20,808 bases of DNA from Ginkgo biloba (taxonomy: Eukaryota > Plantae > Ginkgophyta), in assembly GCA_024626585.2 (NCBI GenBank), contig JANKJI020000004.1:152704322-152725129 (forward strand), in the 5' to 3' direction. Shown in pieces: positions 1 to 8,989 of the stretch. Numbering within the stretch: position 1 is the first letter of the stretch; each line of letters starts with the position of its first letter. The notes under the pieces are model-generated. The model was not told the origin of the DNA. It did not search any database and saw nothing but the letters and a program-made list of their open reading frames with translations. The translations under genes and the position numbers were made by a program.

Positions 1-765
1 ACAGTTCATTTGTACTAAATGTGCATAATAAAACTAAGGGAAATACCTGTTCGAAATCAATATCATCATGAACTTAAAGTAGTTCAATCTAATTCTCTAA
101 TATTTAGTCCTAATACAAACAATTTTATTAACAAAACAAACTCAATACCTTAAAGAGCATATCTGGCATTAATTGTTAGAATATTTAATATGATATATAA
201 TGTTTTCATGGCTAATAATAATCATAGCATGGTTTCTTATATATATAGGTCTACATAATTATGGATTTAAAGAGATAAAAATGCACACAATGATGTTAGA
301 TACTTTCCACATTTCGGGCATCAACTATAACCTTCTTGNNNNNNNNNNNNNNNNNNNNNNNNNNNNNNNNNNNNNNNNNNNNNNNNNNNNNNNNNNNNNN
401 NNNNNNNNNNNNNNNNNNNNNNNNNNNNNNNNNNNNNNNNNNNNNNNGGTTTAAATTTTGATAATACCTATATACTTAAATAATCAATTTATACTTATAT
501 ATCAATTCATCATATGATCTCTTTGGCCCTTTATTAGCAAAGTTGAGCAACATTAATGGAATAAGAATAAAATAATTCAATGCCGCAATCTCTCAATAGA
601 TGACTAAGTCTTGACACCCATGCTAAGTCCTCCTTTTCTTTCTTTCATTCTGAATATCCTCTTTGAAAAAATATTTTTGTGCTCAGATTTTGAAGTCCCA
701 CTAGATATTTTTCCTTCAATTAGTTAGGACTATAGAACCAAAAATAGATTATCTACAAATCAATG

Positions 766-936
766 AAGCTACACCCAATCGCTTTATAAAAATGGCCCAA
801 TTATAGCATGACAACTGCACCCAATCTAACACATATGTATAAAATTATGTTGGATAACAACTGAACCCAATCACTTTACAAAAATGACCCAATTGTAGCA
901 TGAAAAATGTGCCCAATCTAACACATATTGTAGAAT
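766..936. repeat. Imperfect tandem duplication, 92-bp period x ~2, built of ~22-24-bp CCCAAT-containing subunits
   Basis: acacccaatcgctttataaaaatggcccaattatagcatgacaactgcacccaatctaacacatat (771-836) recurs as gaacccaatcactttacaaaaatgacccaattgtagcatgaaaaatgtgcccaatctaacacatat (863-928). CCCAAT occurs at 774, 796, 820, 866, 888 and 912. Confidence 0.85.
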
Positions 937-2629
937 ACTCAACATATTATTGGCCAGCTATAGGACAACATCATCTATGTTGACATATCAATGTCTCCAT
1001 TTATTCTTATCTCAACAATCGATCTAGTAGTTGCATGAAAACTGGAAGAACTTGGCTATTGGTTGTTCAACAGGAAGATGAACAATGAGATGATAGGTTC
1101 TTGACTATTTTAGTAATTAAATATTAGAAAGATATGCATTGGAGGGCATAGTGAAAACACCAAACATTTCCTCCACTTTTAAGAAAAATTTGGACATTTT
1201 TTATTTTTATTAGGCTTACATGTCTTTCAATTCCATTGACATGGTTTGGTTNNNNNNNNNNNNNNNNNNNNNNNNNNNNNNNNNNNNNNNNNNNNNNNNN
1301 NNNNNNNNNNNNNNNNNNNNNNNNNNNNNNNNNNNNNNNNNNNNNNNNNNNTAACCGCCTCTTTGATTTGGGTGTTATATATGATTATATTTTTGGGCTC
1401 AAATTATTTATATATATCTATATCTCTATATATACATACTATGTAATGAACAATCCATTTTTTAAAGTTATTATAATTTTTATATTGTAATTTAGTGATA
1501 GAGAAGAATCCAATTAGAGAGAAAATTAATTTGAATGATATCGAACTATTTTTTTTCATGTAGGTAAGCTAAGTTCTATCATATAATTAAATCAAGTTTC
1601 TATGAAATTTGGCATTTTTATAATATATAACCAATAAAAAATTAGATTTTACTTAGAATGTTGTTTGAGGTATAAAATATTATAAGGAACCACCTTCTTG
1701 TTCTTCATATGTTTTTAGCATAATACTTTATGTATATACTATTCTAACACTTTAACATACATCCACCAACACACCATGCATACCTATAGTCAAGAAACTA
1801 ACTTCTAGGCCCATTATGCTCAATAAATGGAATTTCTAGCAAGAAGATAAAGTTATAAAAACTTATGCTCATACTACATAAACATAAGAAAACCAAGGGC
1901 AAAAGTATCTACATGATAAGGAATTCATGTTACCTCATGAGGACAAGTTTTTACCCTACACCCAAACTTACTTTTGGCTTGAACTTTTTTTCCCTCTTTT
2001 ATTGAAATTGTCTAGTTGAACAATAGGTTGTCTTCTTCTCATTTGCAATGTACTCAATGAGTACACCTTTGCCCCATCTTCTCAGTCCCTAAGAAGGTAA
2101 GACAAATTCTATTTTGAACCAAAAACTCAAAAATGATTATATCCATAATCCCCTTAATAATTTTAGTCAACTTGATAGTTTTTATTGCATTATACTCACT
2201 GAATATACTTTATCCTACTCCCAAACTCCTCTATAAGTAGTTCTCTACCTCTTGTAAGATCAAGAAACCCCTCAAAAATTATAATCTTAGGGTTCACCTA
2301 AGAAAACCACAACACATGCCCATTGTATGTACCTCAACTACCTCCTTTTCACATAATACGCTTGTGGTATACACTCTTATCCTGTGGTTATATACTCTTG
2401 TCTACTTCTTGCATGACTATTTACAATGCCTTGTAAAAGGTATCTGTGCATGTACATCCTAAAAGTTTGGGTCCCAACCAACCTATATGAGTCTAACTTT
2501 CCCTTGAATTGATTTTTCACATGTGGTCATTATTGGACATCATGTAGGCCTAAGACACACTATATTTAGGCCCTTAAGCATAGCTATTCTCCTTTTGCAA
2601 CTTTAAGTGCTCTTAACTAACTTTAGCCC

Positions 2630-2771
2630 TTCCTAGCACTAATATAATCCTTTCTAAGTTGACATATGACCTATCCTTAGGCTTCTAAATGTGTTGAAGT
2701 TTCCTAGCATTGATGTAATCCTCTTTAAGTTGACATATGCCCTATCCTTAGATTCTAAATGTGTTGAAGTT
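2630..2771. repeat. Tandem duplication, ~71-bp unit x 2
   Basis: ttcctagcactaatataatcctttctaagttgacatatgacctatccttaggcttctaaatgtgttgaagt (2630-2700) is followed by ttcctagcattgatgtaatcctctttaagttgacatatgccctatccttagattctaaatgtgttgaagt (2701-2770). Confidence 0.9.
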
Positions 2772-2989
2772 TGTTAAGATACCTTAAGGACATTTTCTTG
2801 CCTTTGATAATGCTTGTGAAACCCACCAATGCTTGCAACATTGTATCTTGCCTTTATTATCTTCTTAATGACTCTTCAGGCGTACCTTAGGCTCTCTCCT
2901 CTTCTTGACCAATAAATCCAAATGTTGTTCAAAATTTCACCCTTTCATCAAGTAATCTTTACCCTCCTTTAAAGTCACCTCTTTAACAA

Positions 2990-4490
2990 AGTATGTCGAT
3001 TCCCAATTTTCTTCTTTCAATGGTTTATATGACCATTCCACCAAAATATTTCTCAATCTCTCCACCATGGAGATTCTTTATTCTATATTATAAGATTACA
3101 ATTGAATCATGTAAAAAATTTTCTATCTCCTAAACATCCCCATAAGCAAGTAGCTTATTTTCAAATCTTGAGAAACCTTCTCACGAAAACTCACAAGGTA
3201 TATTAGATGCATTTTGAAATAACTTAGAAAGTTCAATTTGTAAGTTACTTCATAAATCTTAACTTATAACATAAATGGTCTATAGGACATAGATTAATTT
3301 ATTTCCTCATGCTTAGAGCTATAAGGATTAAATCTTTGAAATATTTTGACTCCCACTTCAAATGTTCATTAAGACCTCTTTTGATCTACAAACAACTTTG
3401 CCTTNNNNNNNNNNNNNNNNNNNNNNNNNCACATTCAATGAGTTCACCTTGCATTTATTTTAATATTTCATATCACATATGTTTTTCCTATGAAATTATG
3501 CAATTCCAAATACAAGGGAATAAGTGGTTTATATCCATAAATGTCCCTAAACGAGGTCATTCTTTTAGTTGAATGCTTACTAATGTTGTAGGAAATCTCC
3601 ATAATTGGAAAAGTCTCCTCCCAATTGTTGTCTTATCATCATATGCATCCTTAGCATATACTCCATAATCAATTTTAGTCTCTATGTTTGACCATCAATT
3701 TAACATTATCTCCACCATTGAAACTCAATTTGGCACCAAAATCTTGCAAACAATCTTTAAATAAGTCTTATGTAACCTTGGAGTCCATGTCACTGACAAA
3801 TGTATAATTTAGTATATCATATTGTGTGATAATTTTATAATAAAAGCATTTGTTATATTAGATCCCTATGAGATTATCTACCATTACTAAGATCTAATGT
3901 TGTTTCTATGTTCTAGGCAAAGATGTGACAAAGCCCATGGGTAGGATTTGCTATTGACCTTTTGGAATTGGTAGGAGGCTCAGTAGGCTTGAAGTTTGCT
4001 CACTATCTTCCTCATTTACTTGTGAATGCTCACATGTTTTCACATAACCTAAAATCTCCTTGCCCAAGTTCTTCTAATAGACATGAAGTGGAAAGTTCCA
4101 CAATATTTTATATTTTAGTTTAGCCACATTAAGAATGATCAATATTGTTTGTACAATAGAACATCCTTAGCAACCTGAAAGTCCTTTACATATTTCATTA
4201 TTTTAAAATATTTCCTACCTCCATTTACCAAGCATCTTTCATTAGGCTTCTCTCATGTCTTCTTGAAGTGAACTTTGAATTATTATGACATTATTAACTT
4301 ATGGATTTCACAATACTACATTTGCTACCACATTTTCTTTCCCATATTGATAGATCAACTTTCCTCTATATTCTTCAAAAAGAAATAACCACTTGTACTA
4401 TCTCAAATTCAACATTGCAAGTTAATCATAATCTTCACAATGGTTTGTGTAGACACCTAATTTTCATCATGTATTGTTATTTCACCTAGT
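2990..4490 (-). mobile_element. Degenerate Ty3/Gypsy (chromovirus-type) pol remnant: RNase H end, integrase, GPY/F region, chromodomain
   Basis: Minus-strand translation through stops and frameshifts gives motifs in Gypsy order: YGKENVVAN (~4346-4320; cf. GKENVVADALSR), YVKTCEH (~4047-4026; integrase Zn-finger region), LLSLLPIPK..W..LPMGFVTSLPRT (~3987-3910), DGQT*RLKLIMEYMLRM (from 3696), VTYKLNFLSYFKMH (~3250-3207; cf. VAYKLELP..KIHPVFHVS), and KYLVEW...EENWES (~3050-2997; chromodomain-like). Confidence 0.8.
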
Positions 4491-5016
4491 GTCATTATCA
4501 ATTATTATATTTCATTAGTTTCATTGCATTTCATTTAACATTTCATTTCACTCTATTACAAATNNNNNNNNNNNNNNNNNNNNNNNNNNNNNNNNNNNNN
4601 NNNNNNNNNNNNNNNNNNNNNNNNNNNNNNNNNNNNNNNNNNNNNNNNNNNNNNNNNNNNNNNCAACAATATAAGAAAAAAAATGATAAGCTTCAAGGCA
4701 TTGCATGGGGCGGCATTCTCAGAGCCTTGGTCCATCTTTATTCCCTTTTCTTACCCTGACATACATTATACAATATTTATATAACATGCAAATGGAGCTC
4801 GCAATAATGATCAAGCATGGCAAGAAAGTATGTGAGTGGAAATTTTATGCAGGCAAGTTTATTCGAGTTGTCAACATACTTCGTCATTATTGTGAGTTTT
4901 GCAAGAATGTTGAAAGGCGGTGGTGGTTGCACAATTGCACAACATCTATAATTTATCATGCAGTAGAAAGCATTTGTTGGCTCCTATGGATCATTTGTCG
5001 AACTCTTTATCTCATT

Positions 5017-5330
5017 TGTTGACACCCATTAGGTTGTTCGTTCATAGCCTATAGGTTGTTCACTAAAAATAGAAAGAGAAAATGTAGGCAAACCCAAATT
5101 TTATAGTAAAAGATAGAAAAATATGAATAGACCGAAGGACTAAAAGACAAATAGAAAAATAATGGACAGAGGAGAAAAAAATTTATTTCACTATTCAAAA
5201 AGTACAATTTATACAAAAATATAGTCACAAAGGGAAAAAGAAAATGAATTCAATTGCTCTAGGCAAATTGACCATTCGTACACCNNNNNNNNNNTTGGGT
5301 GTAAATGGTGTTGACTACAGCTTTCCAACA
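5017..5330 (-). repeat. 3' LTR of Copia copy 1
   Basis: Begins TGTTGGAAAG on the - strand at 5330, directly after a degenerate purine tract (gatgaagtgaaaa, 5343-5331). Ends ...TCAACA at 5017 (plus-strand TGTTG 5017-5021). Alignable to 7551-7892. Contains an 11-N gap. Confidence 0.78.
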
Positions 5331-6334
5331 TTTTCACTTCATCAAAACATTTACATCAACTTCATCCTTCACTCATTCTAAAGCCTTCTCTATAAAATCC
5401 AAACTTGTCTTTAAAAAGTGGTTTTGTCAATGCATTTACAACCATATAACCAGTTTCACAAAACTCCATTTGCAACACCTTCTTCTTAGTGTGTTCTTTG
5501 ACAAAATGATACTGCATTTCAATATGTTTGGTTGTAGCCAATAATTTAATATTTTGAATCATTGCCAAACAACTTTGTCTGGNNNNNNNNNNNNNNNNNN
5601 NNNNTTTAAGGACTGGAATGTAATTTTGTTTGATGTCAAGGTCTTCCAACAACTTTCTCAAAAAAACTAATTTTGTGCTTGCAAAGCATGCAGAAATGTA
5701 CTTTGCTTCAGCACTAGACAAAGAAATAATTGATTGTTTCTTGCTTGCTCATGACACAAGTCCTCTTGTAAGCATAAAATAGTAACCAGATGTTGACCTT
5801 CTTTGGTCCATGTCACCANNNNNNNNNNNNNNNNNNNNCAACTCTAATGTGTTATTGGCACTCTCACTGAAAGTGATACCAAGGTTTAGTGTACCCTTCA
5901 TATATTTGAAGATCCACTTGTCCAATGTTGCATTCCTAGGTTACAAGAGAATTGACTTACTTGACCCATGGTATGTGTAATATATGACTTTGTACATACT
6001 ATTGCATACATGAGGATACTAACAACACTCTGATAAGAATTTCTTAACATGGCTTCAACTTCTTCATCGGATGAATGNNNNNNNNNNNNNNNNNNNNNNN
6101 NNNNNNNCCATCGAAGTGGAAACATACTTACATTCACTAATCTTAAATCTAGCAAGTATGTTGTTAATATACCTACTTTGGTTCAAGTGAATAAGTCTTA
6201 TTTGTCTATCCCTCTGCACTTGAAAACCCAAACAAGAATGGATTTCTTCATGATTTGTCACCTCAAATTCAACAACTAATATTACTTTAAACTAATTTAG
6301 CAATGGAAAGTTTTTGCATAAAATAATAACATCA
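5017..6334 (-). mobile_element. Ty1/Copia LTR retrotransposon, 3' part (copy 1): RT C-terminal region, RNase H, PPT, 3' LTR; 5' part lost in gap
   Basis: ORF fragments CLGFQVQRDRQIRLIHLNQSRYINNILARF, YQSVVSILMYAIVCTK, SSAEAKYISA and TKHIEMQYHF...EFCETGYMVVNALTKPL are typical Copia RT/RNase H motifs. They are interrupted by frameshifts and stops and followed by an LTR with TGTTG...CAACA termini. Confidence 0.92.
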
Positions 6335-6434
6335 NNNNNNNNNNNNNNNNNNNNNNNNNNNNNNNNNNNNNNNNNNNNNNNNNNNNNNNNNNNNNNNNNN
6401 NNNNNNNNNNNNNNNNNNNNNNNNNNNNNNNNNN

Positions 6435-6701
6435 CATGCTCTTAAACTGTGAGGCGTCAAAGAGATTACAGTAGTGTAAATCAATGACAATGCGTGATAA
6501 ACTGTTGTTGATATGAAAGATTAATTCTTTGGGATCAGCAGGGCCGATTTATTGCACATTATCACATAGGCTGTGGAGGAATGCCTACGGACTGTGTTAT
6601 AGCCATTTGTGTAACATGTTTTCAGAGTCTCCAAAGGAAAGTCGTGTGCGCGTGGCTCATTCAGAAGCTCAATACCCAGAAGAGCAGAGTTTGTAGCATA
6701 C
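6435..6701 (-). pseudogene. GH5 pseudo-exon D (contains catalytic acid/base NEP), runs into gap
   Basis: CAG acceptor at 6704-6702. Reads YATNSALLGIELLNEP with Glu codon GAG at 6658-6656. A 1-nt deletion at ~6550-6548 precedes IGPADPKEL...VIDLHYCNLF in the shifted frame. Truncated by the 100-N gap 6335-6434. Confidence 0.92.
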
Positions 6702-6793
6702 CTGACATGATCACAAAAAAAAACTATGATTTAATATGTTTTGGATGAAAAGATCTTACATCAGGGTTGTGCTAAATTTTACAATGTCTGTAC

Positions 6794-6949
6794 CTGGCAG
6801 CAAGAAAATCAATCACTGACAGACTTTTATTGATGTTATCCTGTGAGCTATCCCATTCAAGATATTTGTCTCTAGTGTTGTTATTCTCATCGCCATTTTG
6901 GGAACCCTGAGCAGCATGGAGAGTAACAATCACACCTATGCCATGATTC
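6794..6949 (-). pseudogene. GH5 pseudo-exon C
   Basis: 156 nt, open, phase 2-2: NHGIGVIVTLHAAQGSQNGDENNNTRDKYLEWDSSQDNINKSLSVIDFLAAR. Acceptor AAG at 6952-6950, donor GT at 6793-6792. Confidence 0.92.
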
Positions 6950-7045
6950 CTTCATCGAGATAACAATTTTTTCAGATAAATGAGATTTCCTTTGCTTGTT
7001 TACATTTTTTCCAATTTAAAAATTGACACTGTAATTTAGACGCGC

Positions 7046-7216
7046 TTAGTCCATCTGAAAGGCGTTATCAAGAGCATTCAAAGATCCTCCAACGAAAGGA
7101 GCAGGAGGGTTTGGATCACTTGCAATCCACCATCCAACCGGGATTCTCACGGCATTTATATCATGTTTGGAGAGAAAATCAAAATCTTTCTCTGTGATAA
7201 AACTGTTCCAATGATC
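7046..7216 (-). pseudogene. GH5 pseudo-exon B
   Basis: DHWNSFITEKDFDFLSKHDINAVRIPVGWWIASDPNPPAPFVGGSLNALDNAF. Acceptor GAG at 7219-7217. One extra base in TTTC (7060-7057) shifts AFRWT to AFQMD*. Donor is GC (7045-7044). Confidence 0.92.
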
Positions 7217-7306
7217 CTCGCCGAACATAAAAACACAATCAGAAACCAAAAAATTAAGGATATATTTTATACGACAATAAATTAAAGCTAGTGTACAGAT
7301 TAATAC

Positions 7307-7477
7307 GTTCAAGACTTGATGAGCTCAGTCAGGTCCGTAGCCATTTGTGAGTTGGAACTCTCCTTGTTGCAAACCATGAACTATCATCATATCAGATGTT
7401 GCATCATTGTTATCGTCCCACCTAGGCTCCCCTTGGAAGTCCTTGGAAGTTTGCACTCAATCGATCTTAAATTGAGC
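7307..7477 (-). pseudogene. GH5 pseudo-exon A (most 5' exon present)
   Basis: Encodes ...FQGEPRWDD...GEFQLTNGYGPD*AHQVLN with a GT donor at 7306-7305. Lesions: TGA at 7327-7325, a 10-bp tandem duplication ccttggaagt (7431-7450) and a probable 1-bp deletion near 7467. The 5' boundary is inferred from tttcaa|gctcaa, a probably mutated CAG acceptor. Confidence 0.82.
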
Positions 7478-7550
7478 TTGAAACTAAGATTTTTTGTTCT
7501 GTGCATTTTAAAGGCTATGTAAACTAATTCTTTTAAAAGGATAATCTCAA

Positions 7551-7892
7551 TGTATACCTCAAAGTGGTCGCTCACAACTTTTAAGTAATTTGCTAAAAAA
7601 TGAGAAAAAGAAAAAAAATGTAGACAAACTCAGATTTTAGAATAAAAGACAGAAAAAATGTGAATAGACCGAATGTCTAAAAGAGAAATGGAAAAATGAT
7701 GGATGGAGGAGAATATTTTCTATTTCATTATCCAAACTGTATAATATATACAAAAATATAACAACAAAAGGAAAAAGAAAATGTAGTGAATCGCTCTAAC
7801 TAACTTGATTGTTTTTACACCTTGAGACTCCAAAATTCGTTGAAAGAGATTGACTGTTGGGTGTAAATGGTGTTGACTACAATTTTTCAACA
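7551..7892 (-). repeat. 3' LTR of Copia copy 2 (~342 bp)
   Basis: Starts TGTTGAAAAATT (- strand) at 7892 right after the PPT. Aligns with LTR 5017-5330 (about 85% in one ~97-bp segment compared by hand). Left end inferred at plus-strand TG 7551-7552 where similarity ends. Confidence 0.75.
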
Positions 7893-7904
7893 CTCTCACT
7901 CAAT
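7893..7904 (-). other. Polypurine tract of Copia copy 2
   Basis: Minus strand reads attgagtgagag|TGTTG, matching the usual Copia TTGAGGGGGAG|TG arrangement just downstream of the RNase H stop (7924). Confidence 0.72.
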
Positions 7905-8989
7905 CAAAACATTTACATCAACTTCATCCTTCACTCATTCTGAATTCTTCTCTGCAAAACCCAAACTTATCTTTGGACAGTGGTTTCATCAATGCATCTG
8001 TAACCATGTGACCAGTTTCACAAAACTCCATTTGCAACACCTTCTGCTCAACTTGTTCTCTGAAAAAATAATACCATATCTTAATGTATTTGGTTCTATC
8101 CCATAATTTAGGATTATGAATCATTGTCAAACAAATTTGACTATCACATCTAAGGAATTGAATTTATTTTTGTTTGATGTCAAGGTCTTCCAACAACTTT
8201 CTCAACCAAACTAATTATTTACTTGCAAAGCATGCTAAAATGTATTATGCTTCAACACTAGACAAAGAAATAGTCAGTTGTTTCTTTCTCGCCCATGACA
8301 CAAGTCCTCCTGCAAGCATAAAATAGTAACCAGATGCTGACCTTTCTTAATCCACATCACCAATCCAATCAGCATCACAGTATCCCATCAAATCCAATGC
8401 GTTCTTAAAACTCCCACTAAAAGTGATACCAAGGTTCAATGTACCTTTCACATATCTTAAAATCTACTTCACTAAGTCAATGTTGCATTTCCCAGTTACA
8501 AGAGAATTGACTTACTTAACCCACAACATGCACAATATTTGGCCTAGTACATACTATTGCATACACAAGGCTACCAACAACACTCTGATAAGGGATTTTT
8601 GACATGGATTTGTTAAACCATAAATGGGGCCACTCTTAAAGGACAAGTTAATCACAATAATATGAAGATCACGCCGCACAATCGAGAGTTTGAACTTTTT
8701 ATTTTTTAAAAATTCGTCATTAACCTTATCTTTNNNNNNNNNNNNNNNNNNNNNNNNNNNNNNNNNNNNNNNNNNNNNNNNNNNNNNNNNNNNNNNNNNN
8801 NNNNNNNNNNNNNNNNNNNNNNNNNNNNNNNNNAATAAATAAATGGAGGGCCTCCTTACAAAAATTCAAAATAGAAAATGAGTTCATTTCAATAAAACAC
8901 CCTAAAGGGTTTATATATTACATAGTTTTAAAAATTCTTCCTTTTTAAATACATTTATATTTTTTTTGTATCTCTACTATAACCCTTTC

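Larger units (their letters stand above)
6435..7477 (-). pseudogene. Fragment of a plant glycoside hydrolase family 5 glucan 1,3-beta-glucosidase (exo-beta-1,3-glucanase-like; probably the plant GH5_14/GH5BG type), 4 exons, disabled
   Basis: Spliced and frame-corrected translation: AQF.DRLSANFQGEPRWDDNNDATSDMMIVHGLQQGEFQLTNGYGPD*AHQVLN / DHWNSFITEKDFDFLSKHDINAVRIPVGWWIASDPNPPAPFVGGSLNALDNAFRWTK / NHGIGVIVTLHAAQGSQNGDENNNTRDKYLEWDSSQDNINKSLSVIDFLAAR / YATNSALLGIELLNEPRAHDFPLETLKTCYTNGYNTVRRHSSTAYVIMCN.IGPADPKELIFHINNSLSRIVIDLHYCNLFDASQFKSM. GH5 motifs VRIPVGWW, LHAAxGSQN and LLNEP are present. Introns are 90, 96 and 92 nt with consistent phases. Confidence 0.93.
7551..8610 (-). mobile_element. 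Ty1/Copia LTR retrotransposon, 3' part (copy 2, same family as copy 1), 5'-truncated
   Basis: Minus-strand [79 protein letters not shown] and HNPKLWDRTKYIKIWYYF...DALMKPL. Collinear with 5017-6052. Similarity to copy 1 stops abruptly at ~8610. Confidence 0.93.

Noticed and set aside
200-1490. ORFs 200-454, 1236-1490 and 1246-1446 (and other ORFs spanning N runs across the window)
   Set aside because: Their length comes from N gaps and AT-rich low-complexity sequence. No recognisable protein.
5874-5882. tgatacca (reverse of the TGGTATCA tRNA-Met PBS) here and at ~8424-8431
   Set aside because: Both lie inside RT/RNase H coding sequence (LGITF) and are not adjacent to an LTR.
7046-7312. 88-aa ORF as a stand-alone gene
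   Set aside because: It is GH5 exon B read through the upstream 90-nt intron and ended by a frameshift-derived stop.
7431-7450. ccttggaagt x2 as a target-site duplication or TE junction
   Set aside because: GH5 similarity continues on both sides with nothing inserted between the copies. It is best read as a simple tandem duplication, although an excision footprint cannot be excluded.
5305-8106. Similar plus-strand ORF pair 5305-5544 and 7867-8106 (MVLTT...), resembling a duplicated small gene
   Set aside because: They are the antisense shadow of the Copia RNase H end and LTR start in the two copies.
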